Source: Squalus acanthias (taxonomy: Eukaryota). From it: 64,000 nt of DNA. A model generated the notes under the pieces. The model did no database searches, had not been told where the DNA came from, and worked only from the letters and a program-made list of their open reading frames with translations. Within the stretch, counting starts at the first letter, position 1, and each line of letters opens with the position of its first letter. Both the position numbers and the translations under genes were made by a program. The DNA lies in contig CM059431.1 in NCBI GenBank assembly GCA_030390025.1, forward strand, positions 106,208,001 to 106,272,000, read 5' to 3'. Shown one piece after another: positions 23,431-35,601 of this stretch.

Positions 23431-24760
23431 AGAGCCAGGAATTTATTTCTAGGTGCTGTATATGGTAAGGTTCTGCAGGAAGTGTAAGGAAGGAGGGTTT
23501 AGTTTGGGTCCCTCGGACACCTTCTCCACAGAAGAACTGTGCACTCAGCTTGTGATAAAATAACCTGTTGAGTTATAGGGCTGGATTTTGATACTGGGGC
23601 GGGTTGGGGTTGTGTCATCCACTTTTCGTGTTATCCACCCGACTGCAATTGGATGTGGGAGATTGATGCGATTTTCACCTAATTGGGCAATTGAGTTCCA
23701 GCATGTGGGAACCCATGACCCAATTAATGTTTTCAGTCTGAAAGTCGCCTCTGATGATGTCATCATTGCTGCTGCATTGAAGGTCTGCAAAGACTGCCTG
23801 GCCTTTGCTGTGAGAGGACCTGGATGCAAAATGAGCAGCAGCAGCCCTATGTCTGCTCCCAGATATTTTTGCACCACCACTCCCAGATATGTCTCCTCCT
23901 CATCCATCCATCCAAATGTGCTCCCACCAGGTTTCACATTCGTGGTTCAGAACAGGCGTGCTTCACGTAGAAAAAGGGTTAAAATCACAAAGCCCTTTCA
24001 AAATGGCATTATAGAGGCAATTTAGTGCTTGTTAAGGGCCTTAACAGCCTATCCCGCCTCTTAGAGGCGGGACGGAGTCGGGACCAGCAGACACGATTTA
24101 ATGAAAATTGCGTGGAGGCGGGATGGAGGTGGGCTTGTGCCCGCCCGCCAGTTTTCGCAATTTTAACCCCCCACACACCATTCCAAACCCACCTCCACGG
24201 GTCAATGAAAATCCAGCCCATAGTGTCCAACGCCCAAAGGACAATCAAGCAAATAAGGAAAAAGATTACTAGCCTCAGGAAATCTTTCATGGTAAGGCCT
24301 GCCAGTTTTTCCATCTACCAAGTAGAGGGGCAAAACATACCTGACAAAAAAGACTTCTTCTCAACCTTTACACCATGACTGAGGCTGTATGCTGATCTGT
24401 CAGACAAAGACAGTTCTTTCAAAGCCGTACCTGCATGCCCATTGGAACTGTTGTCACATTTACATTTGGAAAGGTGAGCCCACAAAAGCATTACAGCATA
24501 ACCTAACTGGACGATGCCTTTTCATTCAGCTGTGATGCAGGGTGGACACTTCGGTCTCGCTCTACGTAGTCTTTAAGCTTCCAATGTCTCAGCAGAACTT
24601 CTGTCCTTGCAGGATAAGGTGGCGCAAAAACAAATGGGAACTAACGTCAATGAGGAAAGGCCCCCGTGATATTAAAGCCTGAAGTTCCTTTCAGGAAGTG
24701 CTGGACATCCTGGGACCAGAATATTGAGGGAGTGAAACAGAATGCAGCCAGAAGCCTCCC
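23431..24760 (+). pseudogene. Ancient Harbinger Myb/SANT-like gene relic (two exons), interrupted by a MITE
   Basis: Excising 23578-24222 gives one frame ..VLQEV*GRRV*FGSLG..SACDKITC*VIVSNAQRTIKQIRKKITSLRKSFM; donor GTAAGG at 24292; acceptor TTGCAG at 24612, then DKVAQ..EVLDILG. Confidence 0.55.
23578..24219. mobile_element. PIF/Harbinger-type MITE
   Basis: Perfect 12-bp TIR GGGCTGGATTTT; ATA TSD at 23575-23577 and 24220-24222. Confidence 0.85.
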
Positions 24761-25410
24761 CAAAGCCAAGGGTTAGCACCATCCTTTTACACTTATCCTT
24801 TCTCTACTCACTCACAAGCATGAAATCCAGCATATCATCAAGACACACATTTGAGCTATGCAATCATTGTGTGAAGGGATGTCTTACAGCCAGCATTCTT
24901 CCATATATTCCACTTCTCTTTCTATAAGTGACCCCCTCCCCTCCCCTCAAGAATCAGCCCTCCCTGCCCCAAACGGCCATTAACCCAGCACCTTCTGTGA
25001 AGCACTGCACTGGTAGGAATCACCAGCACAGGTACTTATATTTAAATAGTCAGTGTGAGGAAAGTGGACTGAGTGAATCACAAAGCACAAGTGACCAGAT
25101 GCGTGTGATGGTGGCAGAGAAGGTGCAGCAGCCTGCTGCCCCGAAGTTCAGCTCAAGTCCACCTTGATTTTTCCAATCATCCTTGCTGGTGTGACAGCGG
25201 CAACAGAGGGTTCAACAACAACAACTTGCATTTACATAGCGCCTTTAGCATAGTAAAACGTCCCAAGGTGCTTCACAGGAGCGATTATCAAACAAAATTG
25301 GCTAAGTAAAGAAATTAAGGATAGCCACAAAAGGAGATATTAGGACAGATGACCAAAAGCTTGGTCAAAGAGGTAGGTTTTAAAGAGCGTCTTAAAAGGA
25401 GAAGAGAGAG

Positions 25411-27984
25411 GTGGAGAAGTGGAGAGGTTTAGGGAAGGAATTCCAGAATCTAGGGACTTGGCAGCTGAAAGCAGGGCCGCCAATGGTGAAGCGATTAAGA
25501 TCGGGGATGCTCAAGAGGCCAGAATTGGAGGAGCGCAGAGATCTCGGAGGGTTCCAGAGATGTAATAAGGGAACATCTATAATTATGGGGGATTTTAACT
25601 ATCATATTAATTGGACAAATCAAATGGGGCAGGGCTGCCTTGAGGATGAGTTCATTGAATGTATTAGGGATGGGTTTCTTGAGCAGTATGTAACTGAACC
25701 GACCAGGGGGCAAGCAACCTTAGATCTGGTCCTGTGTAACGAGACAGGATTAATTAAAAATGTCCTAGTAAAGGATCCCCTTGGAATGAGTGACCATAAC
25801 ATGGTTGAATTTCATATTCAATTAGAGGGTGAGAAGGTTGGATCTCAAACAAGCGTGCTAAGCTTGAATAAAGGAGACTATGAAGGTATGCGAGCGGAAT
25901 TGAGTAGAGTGGATTGGGAAAATAGATTAAAGGGTAAGACGACACATGATCAGTGGTGTACATTCAAGGAGTTATTTTACAACTTCCAAAAAATATATAT
26001 TCCACTGAAAAGAAAAGGGTGTAAAAGAAAGGACAGTCATCCGTGGCTAAGTAAAGAAATTAAGGATAGTATTCGACTAAAAACAAGGGCATATAAGGTA
26101 GCGAAATCTAGTGGGAGGACAGAGGATTGGGAAAAATTTAAAAGGCAGCAAAAAATAACAAAAAGATTGATTAAGAAAGGGAAGATAGATTATGAAAGTA
26201 AATTAGCAAAAAATATAAAAACAGATAGTAAGAGTTTTTATAGTTATATAAAAAGAAAAAGGGTGGCTAAAGTAAATGTTGGTCCCTTAGAGGATGAGAC
26301 CGGGAAATTAATGGTGGGAAATATGGAGATGGCAAAAACACTGAATGAATATTTTGTATCAGTCTTTACAGTAGAGGACACTAAGAATATCCCAACACTG
26401 GACAAACAGGGGGCTATAGGGGGAGAGGAGCTAAACACGATCAAAATCACTAAGGAAGTGGTACTCGGTAAAATAATGGGACTCAAGGCGGATAAATCAC
26501 CTGGACCTGATGGTTTACATCCTAGAGTCTTGAAGGAAGTGGCGGTAGGGATTGTAGATGCATTGGTAATAATTTTTCAAAACTCCCTGGATTCCGCTAA
26601 GGTCCCGGCAGACTGGAAAACTGCTAATGTAACACCCTTATTTAAAAAGGGCAGTAGACAGAAGGCTGGTAACTATAGACCAGTTAGCCTAACATCTGTG
26701 GTAGGTAAAATTTTGGAGTCCATTATTAAGGAAACAGTAACAGGACATTTGGATAATCATAATTTAATAGGACAAAGTCAGCATGGTTTTACGAAGGGGA
26801 AGTCATGTTTGACAAATTTGCTGGAGTTCTTTGAGGAAGTAACATATAGAGTGGATAAAGGGGAACCAGTGGACGTAATGTATTTAGACTTCCAAAAGGC
26901 ATTTGACAAGGTGCCACACAAAAGATTATTGCTTAAGGTAAAAAATCACGGGATTGGGGGTAATATTCTGGCATGGATAGAGGATTGGCTATCTAACAGA
27001 AAGCAAAGAGTTGGGATAAATGGTTCATTCTCAGACTGGCAATCAGTAACTAGTGGTGTTCCACAGGGGTCAGTGCTGGGTCCCCAACTCTTTACAATCT
27101 ATATTAACGATTTGGAGGAAGGGACCAAGTGTAACATATCAAAATTTGCAGATGATACAAAGATGGGAGGGAAAGTAGTGAGTGAGGAGGACATTAAAAA
27201 CCTGCAAGGGGACATAGACAGGCTAAGTAAGTGGGCAGAGATTTGGCAGATGGAATACAACACTGGAAAGTGTGAGGTGATGCACTTTGGCAGGAAAAAT
27301 CCTAGAGCAATTTATTATCTTAATGGCAAGAAACTGGAGAGTACTGAAGTGCAAAGGGATCTGGGGGTCCTGGTGCACGAAACTCAAAAGGTTAGTATGC
27401 AGGTGCAGCAAGTGATTAAGAAGGCAAATGGAATGTTGGCTTTCATTGCTAGGGGGATAGAATATAAAAATAGGGAGGTATTGCTTCAGTTGTACAAGGT
27501 ATTGGTGAGACCGCACCTGGAATATTGCATACAGTTTTGGTGTCCTTACTTAAGGAAAGACATCCTTGCTCTCGAGGCAGTGCAAAAAAGGTTCACTCGG
27601 TTAATCCCGGGGATGAGGGGGTGGTCATATGAGGAGAGGTTGGGTAGATTGGGACTCTACTCATTGGAGTTCAGAAGAATGAGAGGCGATCTTATTGAAA
27701 CATATAAGATTGTGAAGGGGTTGGATCGGGTGGATGCGGGGAGGATGTTCCCGATGACGGGTGAGACTAGAACTAGGGGACATAGTCTTAGAATAAGGGG
27801 CTGCTCTTTCAAAACTGAGATGAGGAGGAACTACTTCACTCAGAGGGTGGTAGGTCCATGGAATATGCTGCCACAAAAAGCTGTAGAAGCTACATCATTA
27901 AATAAATTTAAAACAGAAATAGACAGTTTCCTAGAAGTAAAGGGCATTAAGGGTTACGGAGAGCGGGCAGGAATTTGGACATGA
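25411..27984 (+). CDS. CR1 ORF2 (partial endonuclease + reverse transcriptase); first ~50 codons are antisense L2
   Basis: 857-aa ORF with SPGPDG, YRPVSLTS, DFQKAFD, PQGSVLGP and FADD; lacks the EN N-terminus. Confidence 0.6.
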   Translation: MEKWRGLGKEFQNLGTWQLKAGPPMVKRLRSGMLKRPELEERRDLGGFQRCNKGTSIIMGDFNYHINWTNQMGQGCLEDEFIECIRDGFLEQYVTEPTRGQATLDLVLCNETGLIKNVLVKDPLGMSDHNMVEFHIQLEGEKVGSQTSVLSLNKGDYEGMRAELSRVDWENRLKGKTTHDQWCTFKELFYNFQKIYIPLKRKGCKRKDSHPWLSKEIKDSIRLKTRAYKVAKSSGRTEDWEKFKRQQKITKRLIKKGKIDYESKLAKNIKTDSKSFYSYIKRKRVAKVNVGPLEDETGKLMVGNMEMAKTLNEYFVSVFTVEDTKNIPTLDKQGAIGGEELNTIKITKEVVLGKIMGLKADKSPGPDGLHPRVLKEVAVGIVDALVIIFQNSLDSAKVPADWKTANVTPLFKKGSRQKAGNYRPVSLTSVVGKILESIIKETVTGHLDNHNLIGQSQHGFTKGKSCLTNLLEFFEEVTYRVDKGEPVDVMYLDFQKAFDKVPHKRLLLKVKNHGIGGNILAWIEDWLSNRKQRVGINGSFSDWQSVTSGVPQGSVLGPQLFTIYINDLEEGTKCNISKFADDTKMGGKVVSEEDIKNLQGDIDRLSKWAEIWQMEYNTGKCEVMHFGRKNPRAIYYLNGKKLESTEVQRDLGVLVHETQKVSMQVQQVIKKANGMLAFIARGIEYKNREVLLQLYKVLVRPHLEYCIQFWCPYLRKDILALEAVQKRFTRLIPGMRGWSYEERLGRLGLYSLEFRRMRGDLIETYKIVKGLDRVDAGRMFPMTGETRTRGHSLRIRGCSFKTEMRRNYFTQRVVGPWNMLPQKAVEATSLNKFKTEIDSFLEVKGIKGYGERAGIWT

Positions 27985-28222
27985 GTCTAGGTTCGGATCG
28001 GTCATGGCCCTGTGGGTAGTGGAGCGGGCCCAGGGACCGTGTAGCCTGATTCTGCTCCTATTTTGTGCGTGCAATTCTGTTAGATGCAGGAGATGGTTCT
28101 GTGATAGATAGTAGATTGGCGGTTAGGATCAGATCAGCCATGATCTTATTGAATGGCGGAGCAGGCTCGAGGGGCCGATTGGCCTACTCCTGCTCCTATT
28201 TCTTATGTTCTTATGTTCTTAT
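25560..28222 (+). mobile_element. Young 5'-truncated CR1 LINE, 2.7 kb
   Basis: Partial APE endonuclease (MGDFN, LDL, SDH) plus complete RT with no stops; (TTCTTATG)n tail. Confidence 0.97.
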
Positions 28223-28710
28223 AGGGAGGGGCGAGGCCATGGAGGGATTTGCGAACAAGAATGACTATTTTAAAACTTATGCGTTGCTGGAGCGGGAGCC
28301 ACTGTAGGTGTGCGAGTACAGGGGTGATGGGTGAACGGGACATGATGCGAAGTAGGATATGGGCAGCAGAGTTTTTGGGTGAGCTCGACTGGTTCCACGA
28401 TGTCATGATCGCTTATCTGAAGTACGGTCCACCATGGAGTGGGAGGCAACTTCTGGGGCATTTGTACTTCTGTGCACTGAAGCTCATCCACTATAGGAGG
28501 TCCCACGCAGAATGGGAGAATCCCCATTGAATGCTTACCCTGCTGTCACAGAGGTCTTGGGCTCTAGTCTCCAAGAGGCTCTTCTGTCTGGCTTTTAACA
28601 TGACGGGGTGGTCGGATGGAGAGAGCCATTTCGCTCTCCTCAGTGTTGGTTGGACATCTGCCCCTACACAGATTACTGGGCATGTTGAGGTAAGGCTGAG
28701 CAGCAGGAGC

Positions 28711-28830
28711 ATAACAACAACAACTTGCATTAGTATAGTGCCTTTAATGTAGGAAAACATCCCATGGTGCGTCACAGGTAGGTCATTAGACATAAAATAA
28801 CACCGGGTCAAAGAAGGAGATATTGGGAAG
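28711..28830 (-). mobile_element. Short L2 3' end
   Basis: (CAA)n plus CTTGCATTAGTATAGTGCCTTT. Confidence 0.65.
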
Positions 28831-29240
28831 CAGGTATAAATGAGGCTGCTGTGTATCTGGACCATCGGGCATCCTCTCAACCCCCATTCAAATAACAGTG
28901 GATGTGCTAAGAAGCAGCCAAGGGAATCATAAGCTGCTATCAGGCTATTTTGTGACCTCTGCATTATAAATATCAGTTTATAATTTAAACCTGTAGTTTA
29001 AGTACTTAGGCACGAACAAGGGATCTCATTACCATGTCAGATTGCATTATATATTAGAAAATGTGTACTATAAATAAATAATTTTCAAAGGAACACATTC
29101 TATTACAGATCTACAAATCTAGCTAATCTCTCTCACAGAGCAATAGTGCAGTTGAATGCATTAATCAAGAAGCAGAGTCAATACAAATATACACCAGGTA
29201 AAATATTAGGAACTGAAATGATCATCACACTACCAGACAG

Positions 29241-29457
29241 TCAGAAAGATTAACTGTAGTCATCTGAGATTGTACGCTACACAGGCATTGTTCTCTGTCT
29301 ATATATGCTTTGCCGATTCGTATTCCTTCACTTCACCTGACGAAGGGGCAGCAGCTCCGAAAACTTGTGATTTCAAATAAAACTGTTGGACTATAACCTG
29401 GTGTTGTGCGACTTCTCACTTTTGTCCACCCCAGTCCAACACCGGCATCTCCACATC
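29241..29457 (+). mobile_element. Penelope pLTR insertion (type B) with hammerhead motif
   Basis: 20-bp TSD ATCATCACACTACCAGACAG at 29221-29240 and 29458-29477. Confidence 0.85.
29333..29370 (+). ncRNA. Minimal hammerhead ribozyme motif
   Basis: tcac CTGACGA A GGGGC agca GCTCC GAAA A CTT gtga; one change breaks the palindrome. Confidence 0.55.
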
Positions 29458-29554
29458 ATCATCACACTACCAGACAGATACTTACGTGACTTGAGGATTC
29501 AAAGAATTAACTGGAGCTCAAAGGGCCCTGGAGTTCCATCAATAGTTCCTCTTT

Positions 29555-30070
29555 ACAACAACAACAACAACTTGCATTTACATAGCACCTTTAACATAGT
29601 GAAACGTCCCAAGGCACTTCACAGGAGCGATTATCAGACAACATTTGACACCGAGCCACAGAAAGAGGTATTTAGCACAGGTGACCAAAAGCTTGGTCGA
29701 AGAGGTAGTTTTAAGGGGCGTCTTAAAGGAGGAGAGAGAGGTAGAGAAGCGGAGATGTGTCAGGAGGCAATTCCAGAGCTTAGAGCCCAGGCAACTGAAG
29801 GCACGGCCACCAATGGTGGAGCGATTAAAATCGGGGATGCTCAAGAGGTCAGCAATGGGAGGAACTCAGAGATCTTGGAGGGTTGTGGAGCTGGAGGAGG
29901 TTACAGAGGTAGGGAGGGGCGAGGCCATGGAAGGATTTGAACATGAGGAAGAGAATTTTAAATTCAATGCATTGCTGGACTGGGAGCCAAAGTAATCAGC
30001 GAGTGCAGGGGTGATGGGTGAACAGGACTTGGTACAAGTTAGGATACGGGCAGCAGAGCTTTGGATGAGT
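29555..30070 (-). mobile_element. L2 LINE 3' end
   Basis: GGRAFSCLGSKLWNCL on the minus strand; (CAA)n tail. Confidence 0.85.
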
Positions 30071-30488
30071 GCAATCTGTAGTTTAAGTTATTTCGCAGAA
30101 GACCAAGAATCTTCGATTTGTTTGGAAAAGTGTGCTGGTGAACTCCACAAGCAGTTCTAATGTCAGGGTTATGTTAACAACTTTTGTTGTCTCAGCCACA
30201 GCCTCACATACCTGAACCCAAAACACATGGGCCCTGAAAATGAGAGGGTTGTGATCCCAGCAGTTGTGTTTGCCAATGCCCGACTTCACTAGAGTTTGTA
30301 GGGTCAGTGGAGGGTACCTCATGGGGCTAGAAGCATCTGCACTCATTTTGCTGCCTACCTGCCCCATGCTACTGGAAAATCCAACACTTGCCGTAGACGC
30401 CATATAGTCCCCTGTGAAATGGAGTTGATAGTTAATTTTTACCCAACGTGGGAGTTCAAGTCACTTCCCTGGTCTGCCGCCCTCCTCT

Positions 30489-30897
30489 CAACAACAACAA
30501 CAACTAGTATTTATATAGCGCCTTTAACATAGTAAAACGTCCCAAGGCGCTGCACAGGAGTATTTTAAGACAACATTTTTAACACCGATCCACATAAGGA
30601 TCAATTAGGGCAGGTGACCAAAAGCTTGGTCAAAGAGGTAGGTTTTAAGGAGCGTCTTAAAGGAGGAAAGAGAGGTAGAGAGGCGGAGAGGTTTAGGCAG
30701 GGAATTCCAGAACTTAGGACCTGGGCAAAAGAAGGCACGGCCACCAAAGGCTGAGCGATTATAATCAGGGATCCTCAAGAGGGCAGAATTAGAGGAGCGC
30801 AGATATCTCGGGGGGGCTGTGGGGCTGGAGGAGATTACAGAGATAGGGAGGGGCGAGGCCATGGAGGGATTTGAAAACAAGGATGAGAATTTTGAAA
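30489..30897 (-). mobile_element. L2 LINE 3' end
   Basis: GGRAFF..WNSLPKPLRLSTSLSSFKTLLKTYLFDQAF. Confidence 0.85.
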
Positions 30898-31431
30898 CTC
30901 TCCCCCAAACGCCCCACCCCCGCTCCGATGAAGCCCCCCTTCCACCATTTTGCAAGCTGGGATGCCTCACCTCAGTGGACCTACTGGGTTCCAGTCTTAT
31001 GTTTGGATCCTTATGGGACAGAGAATTGGGAAGTCTCATCATAGTACCTGTCATCACCCACAGCCCCCTCTGACATGGCTGTCCCTGTCAGGAGATTGAC
31101 AGAGGCCGTGCCCCTTCCAAGGTCAATCTGGATTGCTCAACTAAAGTCAGGGCCCAGTGCAATTGGCATCCAACCCTTCTTCCGGATGTGTTCCACCAGA
31201 CTCCCTCTAGGATAACGGTGGGAGTCTGTCAAAATGTCGAGGAAATTCAGCCCCATTTACTCGAGCACATGAGTACAGGACAACTATTAATAAAAATGAA
31301 TATTCAACTATGATAACTTTGCTAACTTGGAACAGGTCAGCGTGTGATATAATAAATTCTCTTCATCTGAAGGTTCCATTGTTTACAGCCTGAATCACGG
31401 TCTGATAGAATGTTTATTCTGTACGTTTCTA

Positions 31432-32151
31432 GGGCCTGGAGTTTCCGTTCGATTGCGCTGTTTTTTTGGCGCAATTCGCTCAGTGTCAGCATAACCGGCG
31501 CAAAGGTTTGCGGAATTTTAAGCGCAAATTGCATTCAGCGCATCTCAATGTTCCGCGATCTTTTTGCGCTAGTTTTACAAACATCGCGCTGGAAGCAGGC
31601 CCCGCCCACAAAACTGGCCACGCCCCCCCTCCCCAGGGCGATTTAATCACCATTGGGAGTTTCCGCTAATTGCGCTCGTTTGCAGGCCTTTGAGGAAGTT
31701 CCAAAAATTAAGCTGGATCTTTTGGGCGCAAGGACACTAATAAGTACATGATGAAAGGTTTTGAATGGATTTTTTTTATTTATTTACTAAGGAACTGACT
31801 ACTGTACCCCAATCTAACTAGAAAACAGTTTTGTATATTTTTTAAAAGTCCCTTTCAGTAATTTAAAATCGGGTTACTCACAAGTGGTGGATTGACACTG
31901 TGATTTAAAATGCTTATTTTTTTTACGATAAACCCATTTTCAGCTGTATTAATAAAACTTTACCAAGTTACCACTCTTAAATATATCAATGAATATTTTT
32001 TAGAATTTTTTTTTTTTTTAATTACGATTTTAAATGCTGTCAATTGTGCTGGTTCATGGCAGATTTTGCGTACGGTGATATACAAATGAGTTTGAGCAGA
32101 AACTCGGGATAAAAATTTGCGCCAGAGGCGCCCAAAGCGGAAACTCTACCC
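31432..32151. mobile_element. MITE (Harbinger-type)
   Basis: GGGCCTGGAGTTTCCG / CGGAAACTCTACCC ends; AT-rich core. Confidence 0.65.
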
Positions 32152-33364
32152 AGAGTCAAGGAGATCACGAGAGGACTCGTGTCATATTTTCTAACCTAAA
32201 TACAAGAATCTTAGGCGATGCTACAACACCAGGGCTTGTTTGTGTAAGGTCACAAGTTGGCTTGTATGGAATGAAGTCTCACTTACGGGAGTGGGGCCTC
32301 GGTGCTGAGCACGAGTAACAAATATCTGACTAAAAACCCAAAGTGCAACAAGAGAATTCCTGTTAAATGAAGAACCTAATTTCCCCACTGATCGGGAGTT
32401 CTGTGGGAAATTTTGGCACAACTTTTCTATTGCACCATTTCTTGGATGTTCTTGATTATTTTAGCAGACTATCTGAAATGCAAAATAACACGACTTGCAA
32501 TTCGCTGAAATATCACAAATGATGCAAGAGGTGAGCGCATTCAACATAATAAAACTGGCAATCATCGGCAGAAAAGTGCAGTACCCATTAACAGGGAATA
32601 AAGAGCTACAATGAGTGAATACAATGGATGCAAATGGAAGCTGGTTTTCAATTTTTATTCACTTAACGCATATTAAATTTTAAATTATTCCTGTGGGAGG
32701 ATAGTGGAGATCTAGGAATGGACAAATATTTGCTTAACTACCTTTGGGGCTCGGGGTACATTTTGCCGGGCTTAGTCTGAGCATAGGTGGTGAGTCCATA
32801 ATTAGGGTAAATCATACCTGGTCCCTGGAATAAGCGATGGGTTCCAAGGCTTTTCCTTGTTACAATTTTACTTGTGTTTATATTTACTCATGAGAAAAAA
32901 ATTGGGCTCCTGCCCAACTTCAGTTCAATACACAGAACGGTCCTCTGATATCTATCTGCCGGTGCTGGTTCACGCTTATCATTTTCATCTCCAGAGGAGA
33001 ACAAGTTTCAAAGCGACGGAGAGCAGCCACTGATTACTAAGGAGAGATCACCGCTGCTCTCCTCTGCTGGTTTAAATACACACGCAAGCTGTAACCATCA
33101 AAGCTGGAGCACTTTTTAATTAGATTTCATTCAAAGGGAGCTTTAAACTAAGAGTTTGTTTTCGTGCATTGATGGCTAGCTTGCATTCCAGTCGGGGGAA
33201 AATTAACTTAAATACACGGATTCCAATAGTTCCTTCTAATTGTAGCTAGCATCATGACCTGCTGACAAAAGACTTTAAAAGTATGAATTTCATTTAATAT
33301 TGTCATGTTCAGCAAAAGGTTCCAGAAAGGACTCCTAGATGAAGGCTGGTTAATATGCTAAAGA

Positions 33365-33823
33365 TAAGAAAGACTTGCATTTCAATAGCGCCTTTCGTGA
33401 CCACCAGACGTCTCAAAGAGCTTTACAGCCAATGAAGTACTTTTTTTGAAGTGTAGTCACTGTTGTAATGTGGGAAATGCAGCAGCCAATTTGCGCACAG
33501 CAAGCTCCCACAAACTGAAAATGACCAGATAATCTGTTTTTGTTATGTTGGTTGAGGGAGAAATATTGGCCAGGACACCAGGGAGAACTCCCCTGCTCTT
33601 CTTCAAAATAGTGCCATGGGATCTTTTATGTCCACCTGAGAGAGCAGACGGGGCCTCGGTTTAACGTCTCATCCGAAAGACCGCACCTCCGACAGTGCAG
33701 CACTCCCTCAGCACTGCACTGGGAGTGTCAGCCTAGCTTTATTGTGCGCAAGTCCCTGGAGTGGGACTTGAACCCAGAACCTTCTGACTCAGAGGCAAGT
33801 GTGCTACCCACTGAGCCACAGCT
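33365..33823 (-). mobile_element. SacSINE1-like SINE, full length
   Basis: Reverse complement carries A/B boxes (TGGCTCAGTGGG, GGTTCAAGTCC), body and tail. Confidence 0.88.
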
Positions 33824-35601
33824 AATTGGAAGTTATGTTCCCCAAAGACTAAACAATAAGCAATCCATTAGCTTTTCTGGATAATCATTAAAACATCTCA
33901 CACCCATTGTGTGGGGAAACCTTGTGATCCCTCTCTGTGCAGAGACCCCAGAAAAGACAGGAGACTTGCAAGTAGAAAGGGTTTTTTTTTTAAATGGGAA
34001 GTCTGCAAGGGCAGTCAAGTTTGTCGAAGGGTAAGCTGTGAGGGCCTTCACTGAGGCGAAGAGGTAAAGAAATGCCGGAGGATAGATAGAAGTCCTCTTG
34101 TTTAAGTCAAGCACGATGAAACACTCATTGGCGGGAACATGGCGTGCTCTTTATTTTGTATCACTATGCAAAGATATGTTACGCCTATTGAATTAAGTCA
34201 AACAGATTGTAACTGTCGCTCCGCGTGTCCATTGTCCTATTAAATAAAATAGCTTACCAATTCATGTCAAGCACCATCTCACTAAGTGATAACCCAGCCC
34301 ACTTCAGAGGCAGAAGCAAAATACATGAGTATTCAGTCCCGATCACAGGGGAATGCTGTTGTTACATCCCTGGGTCATGCTATTGTAAAAGTAGGTACAA
34401 GACAGTGTGGGTCAACGCCTAGAAAAGTAAGAAGCTTGGGAACAATTAACATTACTGACTCTGAGAAGGTGTATACAGCAGACCTGAATTCATAACAATC
34501 AGTGACAACTTGGCAGTAGACACTTTGTCTAGTTCCAGCTTTTCAGTGATATCATGAATGGAGGGCAGAATTTCCTCTTTATGATGCCATTGCAATCCTG
34601 CTACAAGATAATAGCGTACATTCACTTATGTTCGTCTGAAATCCCTCTCTCCATATTTTAGCAGAAATGTTAGCCCATGTAAAATGCATGTGCTAAATGT
34701 GCACCAATGCTATTACATCATTGAAGAAGAGAATCTAAATGGAGGAACAAAACTATGCAATGTCACATCAAGATTTTTGCACAAAATGTCCTCCACTAGA
34801 CTGCTTCTAATCAGCAGTTTAAAGGTACCAGAAACACTAGCCAGTTCAGACGGAGAGACACTAATAAGACACAGGTACCTTCCTTTATAGTATTTTCCAC
34901 TCTGCAGCAATCCACGTTCCGCCGAATAATGTTTAGAGGGTGTTTTTCCAATTGTTAGTGCCTCTGCAATAGAACTTTGCAAAACCAGGATTGTATATTG
35001 GGAATTCGAGAGCTTGCCGGAATTTATGTTCCAAGTGTGCGAAGCTCTGTGCTGGAATGCTCAAGGTGAAAATGTACCCCAGGAGGGTTCAACAGCCCCA
35101 GAATAGAGCTTTCTGTTACAAGAAGCCATGAATTTACTGCCTCTCATTGCTGACAGCAGGTATAAGAATACCAGTGGCAACCAATCAATTACAGTGATAC
35201 TCTCCGAACAGATTTTCTTACCACTTTAACTTAGTCTGGGGCAATATTTTTCTACAGTTCTTCATCAGCAACAACTAAGGCACATTTGCTCATGATGCAG
35301 GTGTGAGTCGGCATGTTAAAAGGCATTTGAACAATGATTGGTTTACCAGGTGACTTTTTCAATCTTCGTTATTCCCGCATCAGTTCAAATATGTTCATAA
35401 TTCCTTTTTTAATTTCAACTGCTAAAGACAAGCTATCTCTTCTGTTGGTTAGTAAGTGAAATCGATGGCCAAGAATAGCATCGCATTTTCTTTCCAAAGG
35501 TGGAAATATTTTAAAGGCAGCCAGTTGCCAATGGTTATTCTGGACTCTGCTTATCCAGTTACCTTGAACTTCGCTATGAACACAAATAACGTACAATGGG
35601 A

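Larger units (their letters stand above)
25213..28385 (-). mobile_element. L2 3' end split by a CR1 insertion (L2 parts 25213-25561 and 28221-28385)
   Basis: L2 sequence CAGAGAT|AGGGAGGGGCGAGG rejoins across the CR1. Confidence 0.8.

Noticed and set aside
24009..24314. Membrane micropeptide MEKLAGLTMKDFLRLVIFFLICLIVLW
   Set aside because: It is the antisense of the Lys/Arg-rich Myb relic running into a MITE.
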